Of a stretch of 44,844 nucleotides of DNA, positions 1-10,578 are shown piece after piece. This stretch comes from a bacterium (GTDB lineage: Bacteria; Bacteroidota; Ignavibacteria; UBA10030), in the NCBI GenBank assembly GCA_043803945.1, contig JAZDJN010000114.1, positions 1 to 44,844 on the forward strand. The letters are read 5' to 3'. Under the pieces are notes generated by a model. That model was not told where the DNA came from. It searched no databases and saw nothing but the letters and a program-made list of their open reading frames with translations. A program made the position numbers and the translations under genes. Position 1 is the first letter of the stretch; each line of letters opens with the position of its first letter.

Positions 1-105
1 ATCCGAAGATATTTGCCTGAATGTGTTTTTGGTTCTTCTTGAACATTGCGTCACTGATAATTGTTGGTGTCTGGTTGTTCGTCTAGCAATATTTCCGCAA
101 TTATC

Positions 106-595
106 ATGCCAACGTATGTTGACCTTTTTAGAGTGAACTCAGTAGTTATTAAAAGAGAACTCATTACCTGGGCGCGAGAACGTTCCGGTGTTGAGATTGA
201 AGATTTGGTAAGAAGGTTTCCAAAATTCCTTCAATGGGAAAGCGGCGAGCTCCATCCTACTCTTCGTCAACTAGAAGGCTTAGCCAAGGCGACATTGACC
301 CCTCTGGGATTTTTCTTCTTGCCGGAACCGCCGGATGACCGCTTACCTATACCAGATTTTCGAACAATCAGAGACCAATCAGTCCGTCGCCCGAGCCCGA
401 ACCTTCTCGATGCCGTCCAGATGATGCAGCGACGCCAGAATTGAGGGTGGAGATTTCTATAATGTTCAAATTGCAAGAGTCGGTAAACGATTTGCTCATG
501 CAGTAATCCGTGCAACCAGGGAAGGCAAGCTTCTGTACCGAGACGCATATCAGTTAACCGGACTCTATGGAAACACATTTGATCGTTACCTCTGA
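106..595 (+). pseudogene. XRE-HTH / ImmA-IrrE family protein with the central metallopeptidase domain deleted
   Basis: 106-444 encodes the HTH-type N-terminus (ELITWARERSG...WESGELHPTLRQLEGLAKAT...PIPDFRT). A shifted frame at 443-595 encodes the typical C-terminus EGGDFYNVQIARVGKRFAHAVIRATREGKLLYRDAYQLTG. No HExxH segment lies between them. Confidence 0.75.
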
Positions 596-641
596 GTTGC
601 TTGGATTGAGATAAATTTACTTATCTTACAATATAAAATTC

Positions 642-1523
642 ATGTTCACTCGACGAAAAATATTGCTATCGCTACTTGAAGTATGCGGCGGCGAATTAAA
701 GAGCACCGATATGGAGAAACTTTTATTCGCTTACTGTGTTGAAAGCAGGAATAATTATTACGACTTCTTCCCATATAAATTCGGTTGTTTCAGTTTCCTT
801 TCATATCAAGATAAGCGAGTGCTGACAAAACAGGGATTCCTTGATGAAGGGGAGCATTTTAAGCTCAGGAAGTCCATTAGAAATCTCAGTCTTATAGATT
901 CCAATGAACAGAAACGGATTGAATTGTTCTCAAGGCAAATGAAGAACCTGCGGGGAAAGAATCTCGTTCATTATATCTATGTACACCATCCCTATTATGC
1001 TACCCGCAGCGAAATAAAAGAAAAAGTGCTTAACGTAAAAGAACTCCAGGTGGTTGAGTCCTCTGCCAATACCGACTGTAGTATCTGCTTGATGACTGTC
1101 GGTTATGAAGGAAAAACCATAGATGCCTACATCAACATGTTGATCCGGAATAACATTGCGCTTGTCGTCGATGTTCGCAGGAATCCCATTTCGATGAAGC
1201 ATGGATTCAGCAAAACGCGGTTCCGGAATTATCTTGATCGCGCTGGAATAAAGTATGAACACATTCCTGCACTCGGGATTGAGTCGGCCCAACGGAAAAA
1301 CCTGGAAACAGATACTGATTACCAGATGCTTTTTCAGAAATATGCCTCCGAATCATTGCCGCATCGTCAAGATGAATTAAGGCGGATCGGAGAACTTATC
1401 GATGAACATAGGAGAATCGCCTTAACCTGTTTTGAAGCCAATCCAGTATCATGTCACCGCCACAAGATTACCGAACATCTTCAGTCTGTGAAGAAATGGA
1501 GCATTCCAATTAAGCATTTGTAA
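642..1523 (+). CDS. DUF488-domain protein with N-terminal winged-helix/SocA-like region
   Basis: DUF488 motifs TVGYEG, VDVRRNPIS-K-GFSK, YEHIPALG and TCFEANPVSCHR. N-terminal motif YDFFPYKFGCFS. Confidence 0.85.
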   Translation: MFTRRKILLSLLEVCGGELKSTDMEKLLFAYCVESRNNYYDFFPYKFGCFSFLSYQDKRVLTKQGFLDEGEHFKLRKSIRNLSLIDSNEQKRIELFSRQMKNLRGKNLVHYIYVHHPYYATRSEIKEKVLNVKELQVVESSANTDCSICLMTVGYEGKTIDAYINMLIRNNIALVVDVRRNPISMKHGFSKTRFRNYLDRAGIKYEHIPALGIESAQRKNLETDTDYQMLFQKYASESLPHRQDELRRIGELIDEHRRIALTCFEANPVSCHRHKITEHLQSVKKWSIPIKHL

Positions 1524-1541
1524 TCCCTTCAGGGAGGGAAT

Positions 1542-2405
1542 ATGAGTTATCTACCGGATGTTCTCAACAATGTAAAAGTCCTTATCACAGTAAAAACGTA
1601 TCCCCTTCCTTCCAATAAATATGGAGAGCTTGTTTGTACCGCCGGAGTTTTAGAAGACGGCAGATGGATTCGCGTTTACCCTATCCCGTTCCGATCACTT
1701 CCTCAAGAAAAGAAATTCGGAAAATATGAATGGATACAAATGGATCTGGTTCGCAACGCGAGTGATTTCCGACCGGAGAGTTACAGGCCAAAGTCCGATG
1801 CATCAAGTATCCATATCCTTAAGAAAGTCGGGACTGAACACGAATGGGCTGAGAGGAAAAAATATATCCTAAAGGATGTGTTCACCTCTTTTAAAGCACT
1901 TATCGATTTAGCAAAAAGTGATACAAAGAAGTCTTTGGCAACGTTTCGACCACGTGAGATCATCGAATTCGTTATAGAAAAGGATACACGCACATGGAAA
2001 GAACAATGGATTGCAAATTATGAACAATATGATTTGTTCGAAATCGATGAGAAGGGTGAAGGTATTCTTCGCAAGATTGTGGATAAGGTACCGTATAAAT
2101 ATTCCTATCGATTCTTGTGCGACGGAGAAGCAAAGCCCCGCACTCTGATGATCGAAGATTGGGAAATCGGTGCGCTCTATTGGCATTGTCTGGAACAAGC
2201 AGGTAGGGATGAAGTCGAAGCCAATAAACTTGTTCGGAAGAAGTATTTTGAAGAGTTTTTGAGTAAAAAAGATCTCCATCTCTTTGTAGGGACAACAAAG
2301 CAATATCACAATGTTGCACCGAATCCTTTTATTATCGTTGGTGTATTTTATCCGCCGACGAAGAAAGATTTCGGACAGGAGACTTTGTTTTCCGAATATA
2401 ACTAA
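1542..2405 (+). CDS. Conserved hypothetical protein, DUF488 partner (possible OB-fold nucleic-acid binder)
   Basis: 287 aa, GGAGGG RBS, 18 bp after the DUF488 gene. Motifs TVKTYP-PS-KY-ELVCTAG, WIRVYPIPFR and IEDWEIGALYW. Confidence 0.75.
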   Translation: MSYLPDVLNNVKVLITVKTYPLPSNKYGELVCTAGVLEDGRWIRVYPIPFRSLPQEKKFGKYEWIQMDLVRNASDFRPESYRPKSDASSIHILKKVGTEHEWAERKKYILKDVFTSFKALIDLAKSDTKKSLATFRPREIIEFVIEKDTRTWKEQWIANYEQYDLFEIDEKGEGILRKIVDKVPYKYSYRFLCDGEAKPRTLMIEDWEIGALYWHCLEQAGRDEVEANKLVRKKYFEEFLSKKDLHLFVGTTKQYHNVAPNPFIIVGVFYPPTKKDFGQETLFSEYN

Positions 2406-2499
2406 AACATTTGTTCTATCTTGGTATAAAGATTTATCCATGTAAATATCCACTCCGAATCTATACAATAGAAATACTCACACATAGTAGGAGTATGAG

Positions 2500-3891
2500 A
2501 TGAAAAACAACAATGTTTCTCGTCGCGACCTGCTGAGGCTTGGCGGACTCTTTGCCGCTGGCATTCCACTATCACAGCTCTTTGCGAACGAAATTGACAA
2601 CGCACAGCCAATTGTCTTTCCCCAGGATCCTCATGATAAAAAATCATCCCGGCCCATTACGGCCATTGTGCTTGGCGCGGGTAACCGGGGCAATGTCTAT
2701 TCTGCGTATAGTGAGCGATTTCCGGATGAGTTGAAAATCGTCGGTGTTGCCGAGCCGATCGAGTTTCGCCGCAAGCGATTTGCTGCACGGTATAAAATTC
2801 CCGAGAAGCACCAATGGACCACCTGGGAGCATGCATTGCAGGTGCCTAAATTCGCCGATGCAGTGATTATCACTACCCCCGATAATCTTCATTACGGTCC
2901 GGCTATGGGAGCGCTGGCTCTCGGCTATGATATGATACTTGAGAAAGCAATCGCACAAACCTGGCAGCAATGCAACGACATTCTGAAGATGGCACAGAAC
3001 GGAAAACGCATTGTCGCGATCTGCCATGTTCTGCGCTACTCACCCTACTATCGCAAGATGAAAGAAGTGATCGATTCAGGCGTTTTGGGAGATCTCGTCA
3101 GCATCCAGCATTTTGAGCCTGTCGAACACATCCACATGTCGCACTCATTTGTGCGCGGCAACTGGCGGAACTCGAAGGAATCGAATTTCATGCTGCTCTC
3201 CAAATCGTGTCACGACCTGGACATCCTGCGCTGGTGGATTGGCAAGTCATGCAAACGAGTTTCTTCGTTTGGTTCACTCAAGCACTTTACATCGAAGAAT
3301 GCCCCTGCCGGCAGCACAAAACGCTGCACCGACGGTTGTGCAGTCGAATCAACCTGTCCCTATTCCGCTTTGAAAATCTACTATCGAAACCGTTCGTATC
3401 TGGGGCATATGGATTTACCCGCTCAGGGCGATCAGGGGCCGGCGATTCTCCAGAATCTCAAAGATGGTTGGTATGGACGCTGCGTCTATCATTGTGATAA
3501 CGATGTGGTCGACCACCAGATTGTCAATATGGAGTTTGAAGATCAAATTACCGTTGCCTTCTCGATGGAAGCTTTCACGTCGTATGCCGGCCGGCGAACA
3601 CGAGTGATGGGAACAATGGGCGATGCTGTCGGCGATGAGCAAACGTTGGCGGTCGTCGATTTTCATACCGATAAGCTAACGCTCTGGGATGCACGTAAGG
3701 ATGCAGATATCGCTTCAGGTCACGGCGGCGGAGACTTTGGGCTGGTCCACGATTGGGTGCGGGCGGTTAGCTTTAAAAATCCCCAGCTCCTTACATCGAC
3801 AATCGAAGCATCGATGGAAAGCCATCTGATCGGTTTCCGTGCAGAGGAGAGCAGATTGAATGGGAACACAGTGGAAGTGAGAATGGAGTAG
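2500..3891 (+). CDS. Tat-exported Gfo/Idh/MocA family oxidoreductase
   Basis: SRRDLL twin-arginine leader, GAGNRG Rossmann motif, EKAIA, KSCHDLD and GHGGGD. Confidence 0.9.
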   Translation: MKNNNVSRRDLLRLGGLFAAGIPLSQLFANEIDNAQPIVFPQDPHDKKSSRPITAIVLGAGNRGNVYSAYSERFPDELKIVGVAEPIEFRRKRFAARYKIPEKHQWTTWEHALQVPKFADAVIITTPDNLHYGPAMGALALGYDMILEKAIAQTWQQCNDILKMAQNGKRIVAICHVLRYSPYYRKMKEVIDSGVLGDLVSIQHFEPVEHIHMSHSFVRGNWRNSKESNFMLLSKSCHDLDILRWWIGKSCKRVSSFGSLKHFTSKNAPAGSTKRCTDGCAVESTCPYSALKIYYRNRSYLGHMDLPAQGDQGPAILQNLKDGWYGRCVYHCDNDVVDHQIVNMEFEDQITVAFSMEAFTSYAGRRTRVMGTMGDAVGDEQTLAVVDFHTDKLTLWDARKDADIASGHGGGDFGLVHDWVRAVSFKNPQLLTSTIEASMESHLIGFRAEESRLNGNTVEVRME

Positions 3892-4019
3892 GCGAGATTG
3901 TTGCCGATACTTGGTGAACATAGTACGTCGTAAATCAGATTGTGTTTGGTTATTGCTATATGTACTTGGTAGTATTGGATTTCGTGAACTCGTTGAGCAC
4001 TTAGATAGCCCAAAATTTC

Positions 4020-4729
4020 GGGGGTGACTAAAAAGAAAATAGCATACTAACCCGAAGGCGTCCCCGCCTGCTCATTAAGAATCATTCAGGGTGGGCAGGT
4101 CGCCGAGGGAAATAGCGAAATTATTATGCTCGGCGAGGACGCCTTCGCACTAGAAAATACTTTTTGGTTAGCCTCAGTAATAGCGGTGGTGAAAAAAATA
4201 CTGATAGAAATTGCGGACTCGGCATTGTCAGAGAAAACATTGAAGGGGTCAGGAGCAAACTCCAGACGCCACTTCCGCATCCGTGCAAAGAATATCGGCG
4301 TTTGTCCTGAAGGCCACCCCGGTGCCGGCGGAAAAGCATGGCTCTTTCTCGATGAGATAATGGTGAGGTAGGTGCTGGGGCTGACTAAAAAGAAAATATT
4401 ATACTAACCCGAAGGCGTCCCCGCCTGCTCATTAAGAATCATTCAGGGTGGGCAGGTCGCCGAGGGAAATAGCGAAATTATTATGCTCGGCGAGGACGCC
4501 TTCGCACTGGAAAATACTTTTTGGTCAGCCTCAGTAATAGCGGTGGTGAAAAAAATACTGATAGAAATTGCGGACTCGGCATTGTCAGAGGAAACATTGA
4601 AGGGGTCAGGAGCAAACTCCAGACGCCACTTCCGCATCCGGGCAAAGAATATCGGCGTTTGTCCTGAAGGCCACCCCGGTGCCGGCGGAAAAGCATGGCT
4701 GTTTCTCGATGAGATTGTAGTGAGGTAGT
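4020..4729. repeat. Two tandem copies of a ~353-bp unit (period 357 bp): palindromic MITE-like element plus a gene 3' fragment
   Basis: Copies at 4020-4372 and 4377-4729 are near-identical. Each begins with a ~156-bp element with terminal IRs (GGGGCTGACTAAAAAG / CTTTTTGGTCAGCCTC) and ends in ...RAKNIGVCPEGHPGAGGKAWLFLDEIxVR-stop. Confidence 0.95.
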
Positions 4730-4800
4730 GGCAAGTTAAGAACTTGCTACTACTTTTTGGGGAATGCTGAAAAACCATTTTCTATCGTTCAGTACACTGA

Positions 4801-4940
4801 TAGAGAGCCGGTTAAAAAATCTGCCACAGAGACACTGAGTTCACTGAGATTGGTGAATATCTTTTAGATCCTCAATTTTTTTACATCATCTCTGTGTTCT
4901 CTGAGACTCTGTGGCAAAGTCATTTTTCGAACAGATATAT
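4801..4940. repeat. Palindromic intergenic element with 9-mer periodic arms
   Basis: TGCCACAGAGACACTGAGTTCACTGAGAT ... ATCTCTGTGTTCTCTGAGACTCTGTGGCA form inverted arms. Confidence 0.8.
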
Positions 4941-5102
4941 AGAAACTTGGACGAAAAGTCCAACCACAAAGGACACTAAGGATGCGAAGAATAAAAAGGA
5001 AAAGGAGTAATTGAAATTTAAATTAATTCAACAGTTTTTCCTTTGTGTCCTTGGTGAACTTTGTGGTTTGATTATGTTCTTAACTTTTCGGCCAGATCTC
5101 TA
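4940..5102. repeat. Second palindromic element with outer IRs and inner 9-mer arms; its right end overlaps the uup stop codon
   Basis: Outer TAGAAACTTGGACGAAAAGT / ACTTTTCGGCCAGATCTCTA. Inner AACCACAAAGGACACTAAGGA / TCCTTGGTGAACTTTGTGGTT. Confidence 0.8.
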
Positions 5103-6995
5103 GGACTTCCCCGACTTTAACTCTTCGAGTTCATGCCATCGTGCATAGAGACGCTCAATAGCTGCTTTTGCAGCGGTAAGTTCAGCAGTCAATTGAACAG
5201 TTTGGCTGCCATACTTCTCGTAGAAATCGGGAGATGCGAAGATTGCTTCAATACGCGCTGCTTCGGCCTCGGCGTTCAGAATTTCCTGCTCAATCGCCTC
5301 GAGCTCTTTCGCTTCTTTCCATTTCAACTTCACCGCTGCGGGCTTCACACGTGCTTCCTTTTTGAGAGGCGGGGCGGCTGCATCGGAGTATGCCTTTCTT
5401 TCTTGTTCCCGTACGGTGCGCTTCTCCGTATAATAATCATAATCGCCCTCGCTGAAATGCACTGCGCCATCCCCCTCGAATGCAAGGATACCATTGCAGA
5501 CACGGTTGAGGAAATAGCGGTCGTGACTCACCGCGATAATGCATCCTTCGAATGCTGCTAACGCTTCTTCCAAAATGCGGAGCGTTGTCAGGTCCAGATC
5601 GTTTGTCGGTTCGTCCAGGATTAAAAAATTCCCTCCATTCTTCAGAACCTTTGCAAGCAAAAGCCGGCTGCGCTCCCCGCCGGAGAGTTTCCCTACTTTT
5701 GTATTCATGCGGTCATCGGCAAAGAGGAAACGGCGCAGGTAGGTCCACACTTTCATCTGTTCTTCACCGAACATGATCCAATCCCGCCCTTCGCCAAGCT
5801 CCTGAATGACGGTGTTCTCATCGTCCAGCGCCACGCGTGATTGATCGATATAATTGAATGCCGTTCTCTCGCCAACAACGACCTCGCCTCTGACAGCGTG
5901 AAGCTCACCTAATATTATTCTTAAGAGCGTGGTTTTGCCAAGGCCGTTACGGCCGATGATCCCTAATTTCCGTTTTTTGTCGAAACTGAAATTCACTTCT
6001 TCAAATAATTTCTTATCTCCGATTTCCATGTCAAGATTCTTCAAGTTCAGAATAGTAGACCCAAGGCCTGCCGCCGGGGGAATGATCAACTCCACCTCCG
6101 GTTGTACCTCAGGGCCTTTTTGGTCAGCAGCTTCAAAATAGGCATTGAGCCTTGCCTTGGCTTTCGTTCTCCGCGCACGGGCTCCCCGGCGTACCCATGC
6201 CAGTTCCCGGCGCAAAAATGCATTTCGTTTTCTCTCCTCGGTCTCCAGTTGTGCTTCACGTTCCGCTTGATCGAGAAGGAAGTCGTTGTAGTTTCCGTCG
6301 TGAGAGTAGCATTCGCCGTTCTCAAGTTCGACGATTCTGTTTGCTATGGAATCGAGAAAATATCTGTCGTGCGTGACAAACAGGCAGGCGCCGGAATAGT
6401 TTGCTAGAAATTCCTCTACCCACTCAATTGATTGGGTGTCGAGATGATTCGTCGGTTCGTCGAGAATGAGGAAATCGGGGCGCGAGATAATTGCCTTGCA
6501 CAGGGCAACGCGGCGCTTCTCGCCGCCGGAGAGCGAATCGATAGCGCGGTGCTTCCCGGGAACATTGAGCGAGTGCATCGCCGTCTCGATTCTGTTTTCG
6601 AGATTCCATCCATCAAGGTGATGAATCTGTTCTTCCAGACTGTGGCGCCGTTCCGAGGTGTGGGGCAGCGACTCGTACTCTCTGATGATATCAATGACGT
6701 CATGTGCACCGTCAACAATGTTTTCGTAAACCGATTTTGTCGCATCAAGCTGGAAATCCTGTGCGAGGTGTCCGGTGATAATGTCTTTCCGTCGCGAGAT
6801 CGTTCCCGTGTCCGGCTCCATAATGCCCGCAATGATCTTCAGGAGTGTCGTTTTCCCTGAGCCGTTGCTGCCGATAAGGCCAATCCGGTTGCTTTGATGG
6901 ATGTTCAGCGTTGCATCTCTGAGAACAACCTGCGGCCCGTAGCGAACGGCAAGATTCTGAGCGGCAAGGATTATGGGGCTGATCGTCTTTGACAT
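5100..6995 (-). CDS. uup: ABC-F family ATPase, Uup-like
   Basis: Two ABC cassettes (GSNGSGKTT/LSGGE/LDEPTNHLD and GRNGLGKTT/LSGGE/LDEPTNDLD), no TM segments, and a C-terminal coiled coil KLKWKEAKELEAIEQEI...LYARWHEL. Confidence 0.85.
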   Translation of the reverse strand: MSKTISPIILAAQNLAVRYGPQVVLRDATLNIHQSNRIGLIGSNGSGKTTLLKIIAGIMEPDTGTISRRKDIITGHLAQDFQLDATKSVYENIVDGAHDVIDIIREYESLPHTSERRHSLEEQIHHLDGWNLENRIETAMHSLNVPGKHRAIDSLSGGEKRRVALCKAIISRPDFLILDEPTNHLDTQSIEWVEEFLANYSGACLFVTHDRYFLDSIANRIVELENGECYSHDGNYNDFLLDQAEREAQLETEERKRNAFLRRELAWVRRGARARRTKAKARLNAYFEAADQKGPEVQPEVELIIPPAAGLGSTILNLKNLDMEIGDKKLFEEVNFSFDKKRKLGIIGRNGLGKTTLLRIILGELHAVRGEVVVGERTAFNYIDQSRVALDDENTVIQELGEGRDWIMFGEEQMKVWTYLRRFLFADDRMNTKVGKLSGGERSRLLLAKVLKNGGNFLILDEPTNDLDLTTLRILEEALAAFEGCIIAVSHDRYFLNRVCNGILAFEGDGAVHFSEGDYDYYTEKRTVREQERKAYSDAAAPPLKKEARVKPAAVKLKWKEAKELEAIEQEILNAEAEAARIEAIFASPDFYEKYGSQTVQLTAELTAAKAAIERLYARWHELEELKSGKS

Positions 6996-7080
6996 GCGGT
7001 GCGTCGATGGTAAGAATTAATGAATTATTGAGTTGGTGAATCCCTCAATGACAGTACTTGAAGAGATAAGAATTTATAGA

Positions 7081-7262
7081 ATGCCGCCCCTCTGGGGCTC
7101 GATTATTGACACTTGTGCGTGTCTACAAACATTTTGCTCCTATCGGAGCTTAGATAATTGTGATGCTTTCTGACGATTGCCCTTCGCTAAAAGTCCCGTA
7201 AGGACGAGATATCTTTAGAGAGTGAATGATTTTTATGTTATCAAGCTCCGTAGGAGCGACAT
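7081..7262. repeat. REP-like hairpin cluster (two copies in each orientation)
   Basis: GCCCCTCTGGGGC, GCTCCTATCGGAGC, GTCCCGTAAGGAC and AGCTCCGTAGGAGC short palindromes with related flanks. Confidence 0.7.
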
Positions 7263-7783
7263 CGAAATCATTGCACTGCTCGCTGTGGATCTTGAAATGC
7301 AGGCATGATGATTCTGAGTTTCTCCGTAACACGGAGGTAATCCCCTCCAACGGTGTATACACAGAATGCTTACCATATTCTTTCAGCTAACAGGATGTCA
7401 CACTATCTACTTTTTTCGGTGATTATTGGTGTGCCATCGGTGGTTAAAAAATCTTAGCTGAATAGTAACGAGTTGGTTTAATCTACAGATTTCATTCTGG
7501 GTTGGCAATGGAAATTTTTGATCTTCTCATCGGGCACATCATAGTTGTCGCTGAGATGACATCCATATCCATTCATGTCACAAATATTATCTTGATGGCC
7601 GCGTGGATCTTCCCGGCTTGGTTCTCTCTCGAACTTTTCGTATCTTAATTCATCATGATCATTCTACCTGTCCACATAAAGATTACTCCGCCTTAACACA
7701 TTCTCAGATCTTTGGGGCTTGCTGCATGCCTCGCTTTTCATTAATTCACCAAGAAGCCAGTTTCCTTTGCCAACTCAATAGTA

Positions 7784-9406
7784 ATGAACAATAACGAACT
7801 CACAAGACGCCGCACGTTCGGCATTATCAGTCACCCGGATGCGGGGAAAACCACGCTGACAGAAAAGCTGCTCTTATTTGGCGGTGCAATTCGCACGGCA
7901 GGAGCGGTCAAAAGCAACAAGATCAGGAAAAGCGCCACATCCGACTTCATGGAAATTGAGAAACAGCGCGGGATTTCGGTAGCAACCTCGGTAATGGGAT
8001 TTGAATACAATGGATACAAGGTCAACATTCTCGACACGCCGGGCCACAAGGATTTTGCAGAAGATACATACCGAACACTCACTGCCGTGGACAGCGTCAT
8101 CCTTGTTATCGATTGTGTAAAAGGAGTCGAAGAGCAGACGAAAAAACTGATGGAAATCTGCCGGATGCGGAGTACGCCGGTTATTGTGTTTATCAATAAG
8201 TTAGACCGGGAGGGACGCGACCCATTCGTGTTGCTGGAGGAGCTGGAGCATCAACTCGGCATTCATACGCGGCCTCTCACCTGGCCCATCGGTATCGGCT
8301 CACGCTTTCAGGGTGTGTACAATCTGTTCGAAAAACAATTGGAGCTCTTTTCTCCGAATAAAACTAAAATCTCCGATGACATCATCTCCATTGACGATCT
8401 GGCAAGTCCGCTCCTTGACGAACAAGTGGGTGCTGATTCTGCTGCCAAACTTCGTGAGGATGTGAGAATGATTGAGGGAGTGTACGAACCATTTGATGTA
8501 GAACATTATCGCGATGCGTATCTTGCACCGGTTTTTTTCGGCAGCGCCATCAATAATTTCGGTGTCAAAGAATTGCTGGAGACCTTCGTTGCGATTGCAC
8601 CTTCCCCGCAGCCGAGGGAAACCAGCATCAGGATCGTCGATCCGGCTGAGGATCGTTTCAGCGGTTTCATTTTTAAAATTCACGCCAACCTCGATCCTAA
8701 TCATCGCAATCGTATCGCCTTTTGCCGCGTCTGTTCCGGCAGGTTTGAACGAAACAAGTTCTACTTCCATACACGGTTGGAAAAAGAACTTCGCTTTGGA
8801 GCTCCAACAAGTTTTATGGCGAACGAAAAGAGTGTGATCGAAGAGGCTTGGCCCGGTGATGTGGTGGGATTGTACGACACCGGCAATTTCAAGATCGGCG
8901 ATACACTCACAGAGGGTGAACAGTATAGTTACAAAGGAATACCGAGATTTTCTCCGGAGATTTTCCGGCAGCTTGTCAATAGAAATCCTTTCAAATCCAA
9001 ACAATTGGAGAAAGGGATCCGCCAGCTCACCGATGAAGGCGTCGCACAGCTCTTCCTTCGCCAGCAGGGGAACGTCAAGATCGTCGGCGCCGTCGGCGAG
9101 ATGCAGTTTGAAGTCATCAAATTTCGTTTGTTGCATGAATATGGAGCGGAGTGCGATCTGGAGCCACTGGAGATCTATAAAGCGTTTTGGTTCACCTCTG
9201 CGAACAATGAACAACTTCAGCGCTTTCAGTCATTTAAAGCCCACCATATTGCATATGATAAGGATGAGCTTCCCGTCTTTCTGGCCGAGGGAACATGGTC
9301 GTTCAATTCTGCACGGGAGATGTTTCCGGACATTGACTTCCATCTTACCTCGGAGTTCAAAACGGACGCAGATGAAATTTCCAGTATCGCACAATGGAGA
9401 AAATAG
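7784..9406 (+). CDS. prfC: Peptide chain release factor 3
   Basis: [51 protein letters not shown] and NKLD. Confidence 0.97.
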   Translation: MNNNELTRRRTFGIISHPDAGKTTLTEKLLLFGGAIRTAGAVKSNKIRKSATSDFMEIEKQRGISVATSVMGFEYNGYKVNILDTPGHKDFAEDTYRTLTAVDSVILVIDCVKGVEEQTKKLMEICRMRSTPVIVFINKLDREGRDPFVLLEELEHQLGIHTRPLTWPIGIGSRFQGVYNLFEKQLELFSPNKTKISDDIISIDDLASPLLDEQVGADSAAKLREDVRMIEGVYEPFDVEHYRDAYLAPVFFGSAINNFGVKELLETFVAIAPSPQPRETSIRIVDPAEDRFSGFIFKIHANLDPNHRNRIAFCRVCSGRFERNKFYFHTRLEKELRFGAPTSFMANEKSVIEEAWPGDVVGLYDTGNFKIGDTLTEGEQYSYKGIPRFSPEIFRQLVNRNPFKSKQLEKGIRQLTDEGVAQLFLRQQGNVKIVGAVGEMQFEVIKFRLLHEYGAECDLEPLEIYKAFWFTSANNEQLQRFQSFKAHHIAYDKDELPVFLAEGTWSFNSAREMFPDIDFHLTSEFKTDADEISSIAQWRK

Positions 9407-9543
9407 TAAAAAGGGTTACCTGGATCTTCCGGAGTGCTGTGAGAGCTTTGGAAACTATTTTCACTGAGATAGGTGCAATTTTTTCACCCGATTTATTAGA
9501 GCGGAATCTCATCGGGAGCTATTAATAGATTCTCAATAGCGTT

Positions 9544-9639
9544 CTAATTTTTCTCGTACATCATTGGGTTGTTCAAAATGTATTCTCTGATGTGCCTCAA
9601 CTCCTTTTCATTCCTTATTATCCGCTCATAATAATTCTT
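9544..9639 (-). pseudogene. C-terminal remnant of a REP-associated tyrosine (Y1/HUH) transposase
   Basis: Own translation KNYYERIIRNEKELRHIREYILNNPMMYEKN* matches the RAYT C-terminal motif (NYYEHIIRNE...IREYI-NNP). Confidence 0.75.
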
Positions 9640-9876
9640 TTCAGGCGAATTGAACGTCGTCCTCTGCAGGGCTTCGATGCTCTGCTAAAATTGCGGTCTC
9701 TGCTTGTCATGCGGCAAGTAACCTCCCCAGGTTAAATTGTCTTATGTAAGGTGTCGATGTACTTCTATGGTACTTCTTCCGGCATCAACCTGCCTTCAAT
9801 GTCCGCAGCCTCTTCATCAACGATTCTAAGAAGATGTAACATCTCTTGTTGTTTAGAGTGAGAGGCCATCCTACTG

Positions 9877-10242
9877 CTATGTCGGGCCGGCGTCATACCG
9901 TATGATGATTTCGTATACCACCGGATTCAGCTTCTGCATCACCTTATTGCCGGATGAAAATTCCTTATCGCCGCTCACGCTTCGTAATTCTTATTCAAAA
10001 AGTGCAGCATTCGATGGTGCCGCAAGTCGTACTATAATACCGGCAAGTTTTACGGCAAATGTTCCTTCCTTCCAATCCAGAACCGTTCCCTGGTAATCCC
10101 AATCCATTCCGGCAAGCGTGAAAGCCTTGTCATTCATCGTCTCAAACTCTTTGAGCATTGTCCTGAGCGTGATACCATGTACCAGTTTCCACAATAACTG
10201 TTTTCCGCGGATATGAATTTCATGGAGTGAACGTTTTCTCAA
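9877..10242 (-). pseudogene. Hypothetical protein fragment with an in-frame TAA
   Basis: The ORF stops at 9991-9993, but the same frame continues ELRSVSGDKEFSSGNKVMQKLNPVVYEIIIRYDAGPT* as protein-like sequence. No clear 5' start. Confidence 0.55.
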
Positions 10243-10578
10243 TACGACATCGAAAAATAGGATGGGACAATCTCGAATGGTCGATACTAAAACTCAATTT
10301 TCTTGCTCTGGAAACGGATTCAAATACATAAATTGCTGTTTTGCAAATATTACAATATATCAGGAAGGAACTCAAAATTTGATGGTTAAGGAGCTTTCCA
10401 ATTTTAACAAACGATCATGACTAGGCATAGTATAGATTTGATGCTATGAGTGAAAAAGCCCTCTATCTTTTTGCAGAGAGAGGCAAAGCAAAAGTTGCTT
10501 ATTGTTTTTTTTGCACGTACCCTCCCTTAGCTTTAACCACCAATCGTCACCGATAACAGAAAAAAAGGAGCGACGAGT

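Noticed and set aside
4020-4729. Tandem repeat as a CRISPR array or DGR template/variable pair
   Set aside because: Only two long units with no unique spacers. Differences are not confined to adenines, and there is no cas or reverse transcriptase gene in the window.
4086-4778. Short ORFs on both strands over the tandem repeat
   Set aside because: They start inside the palindromic element. Only the last ~35 codons of the plus frame look like real protein.
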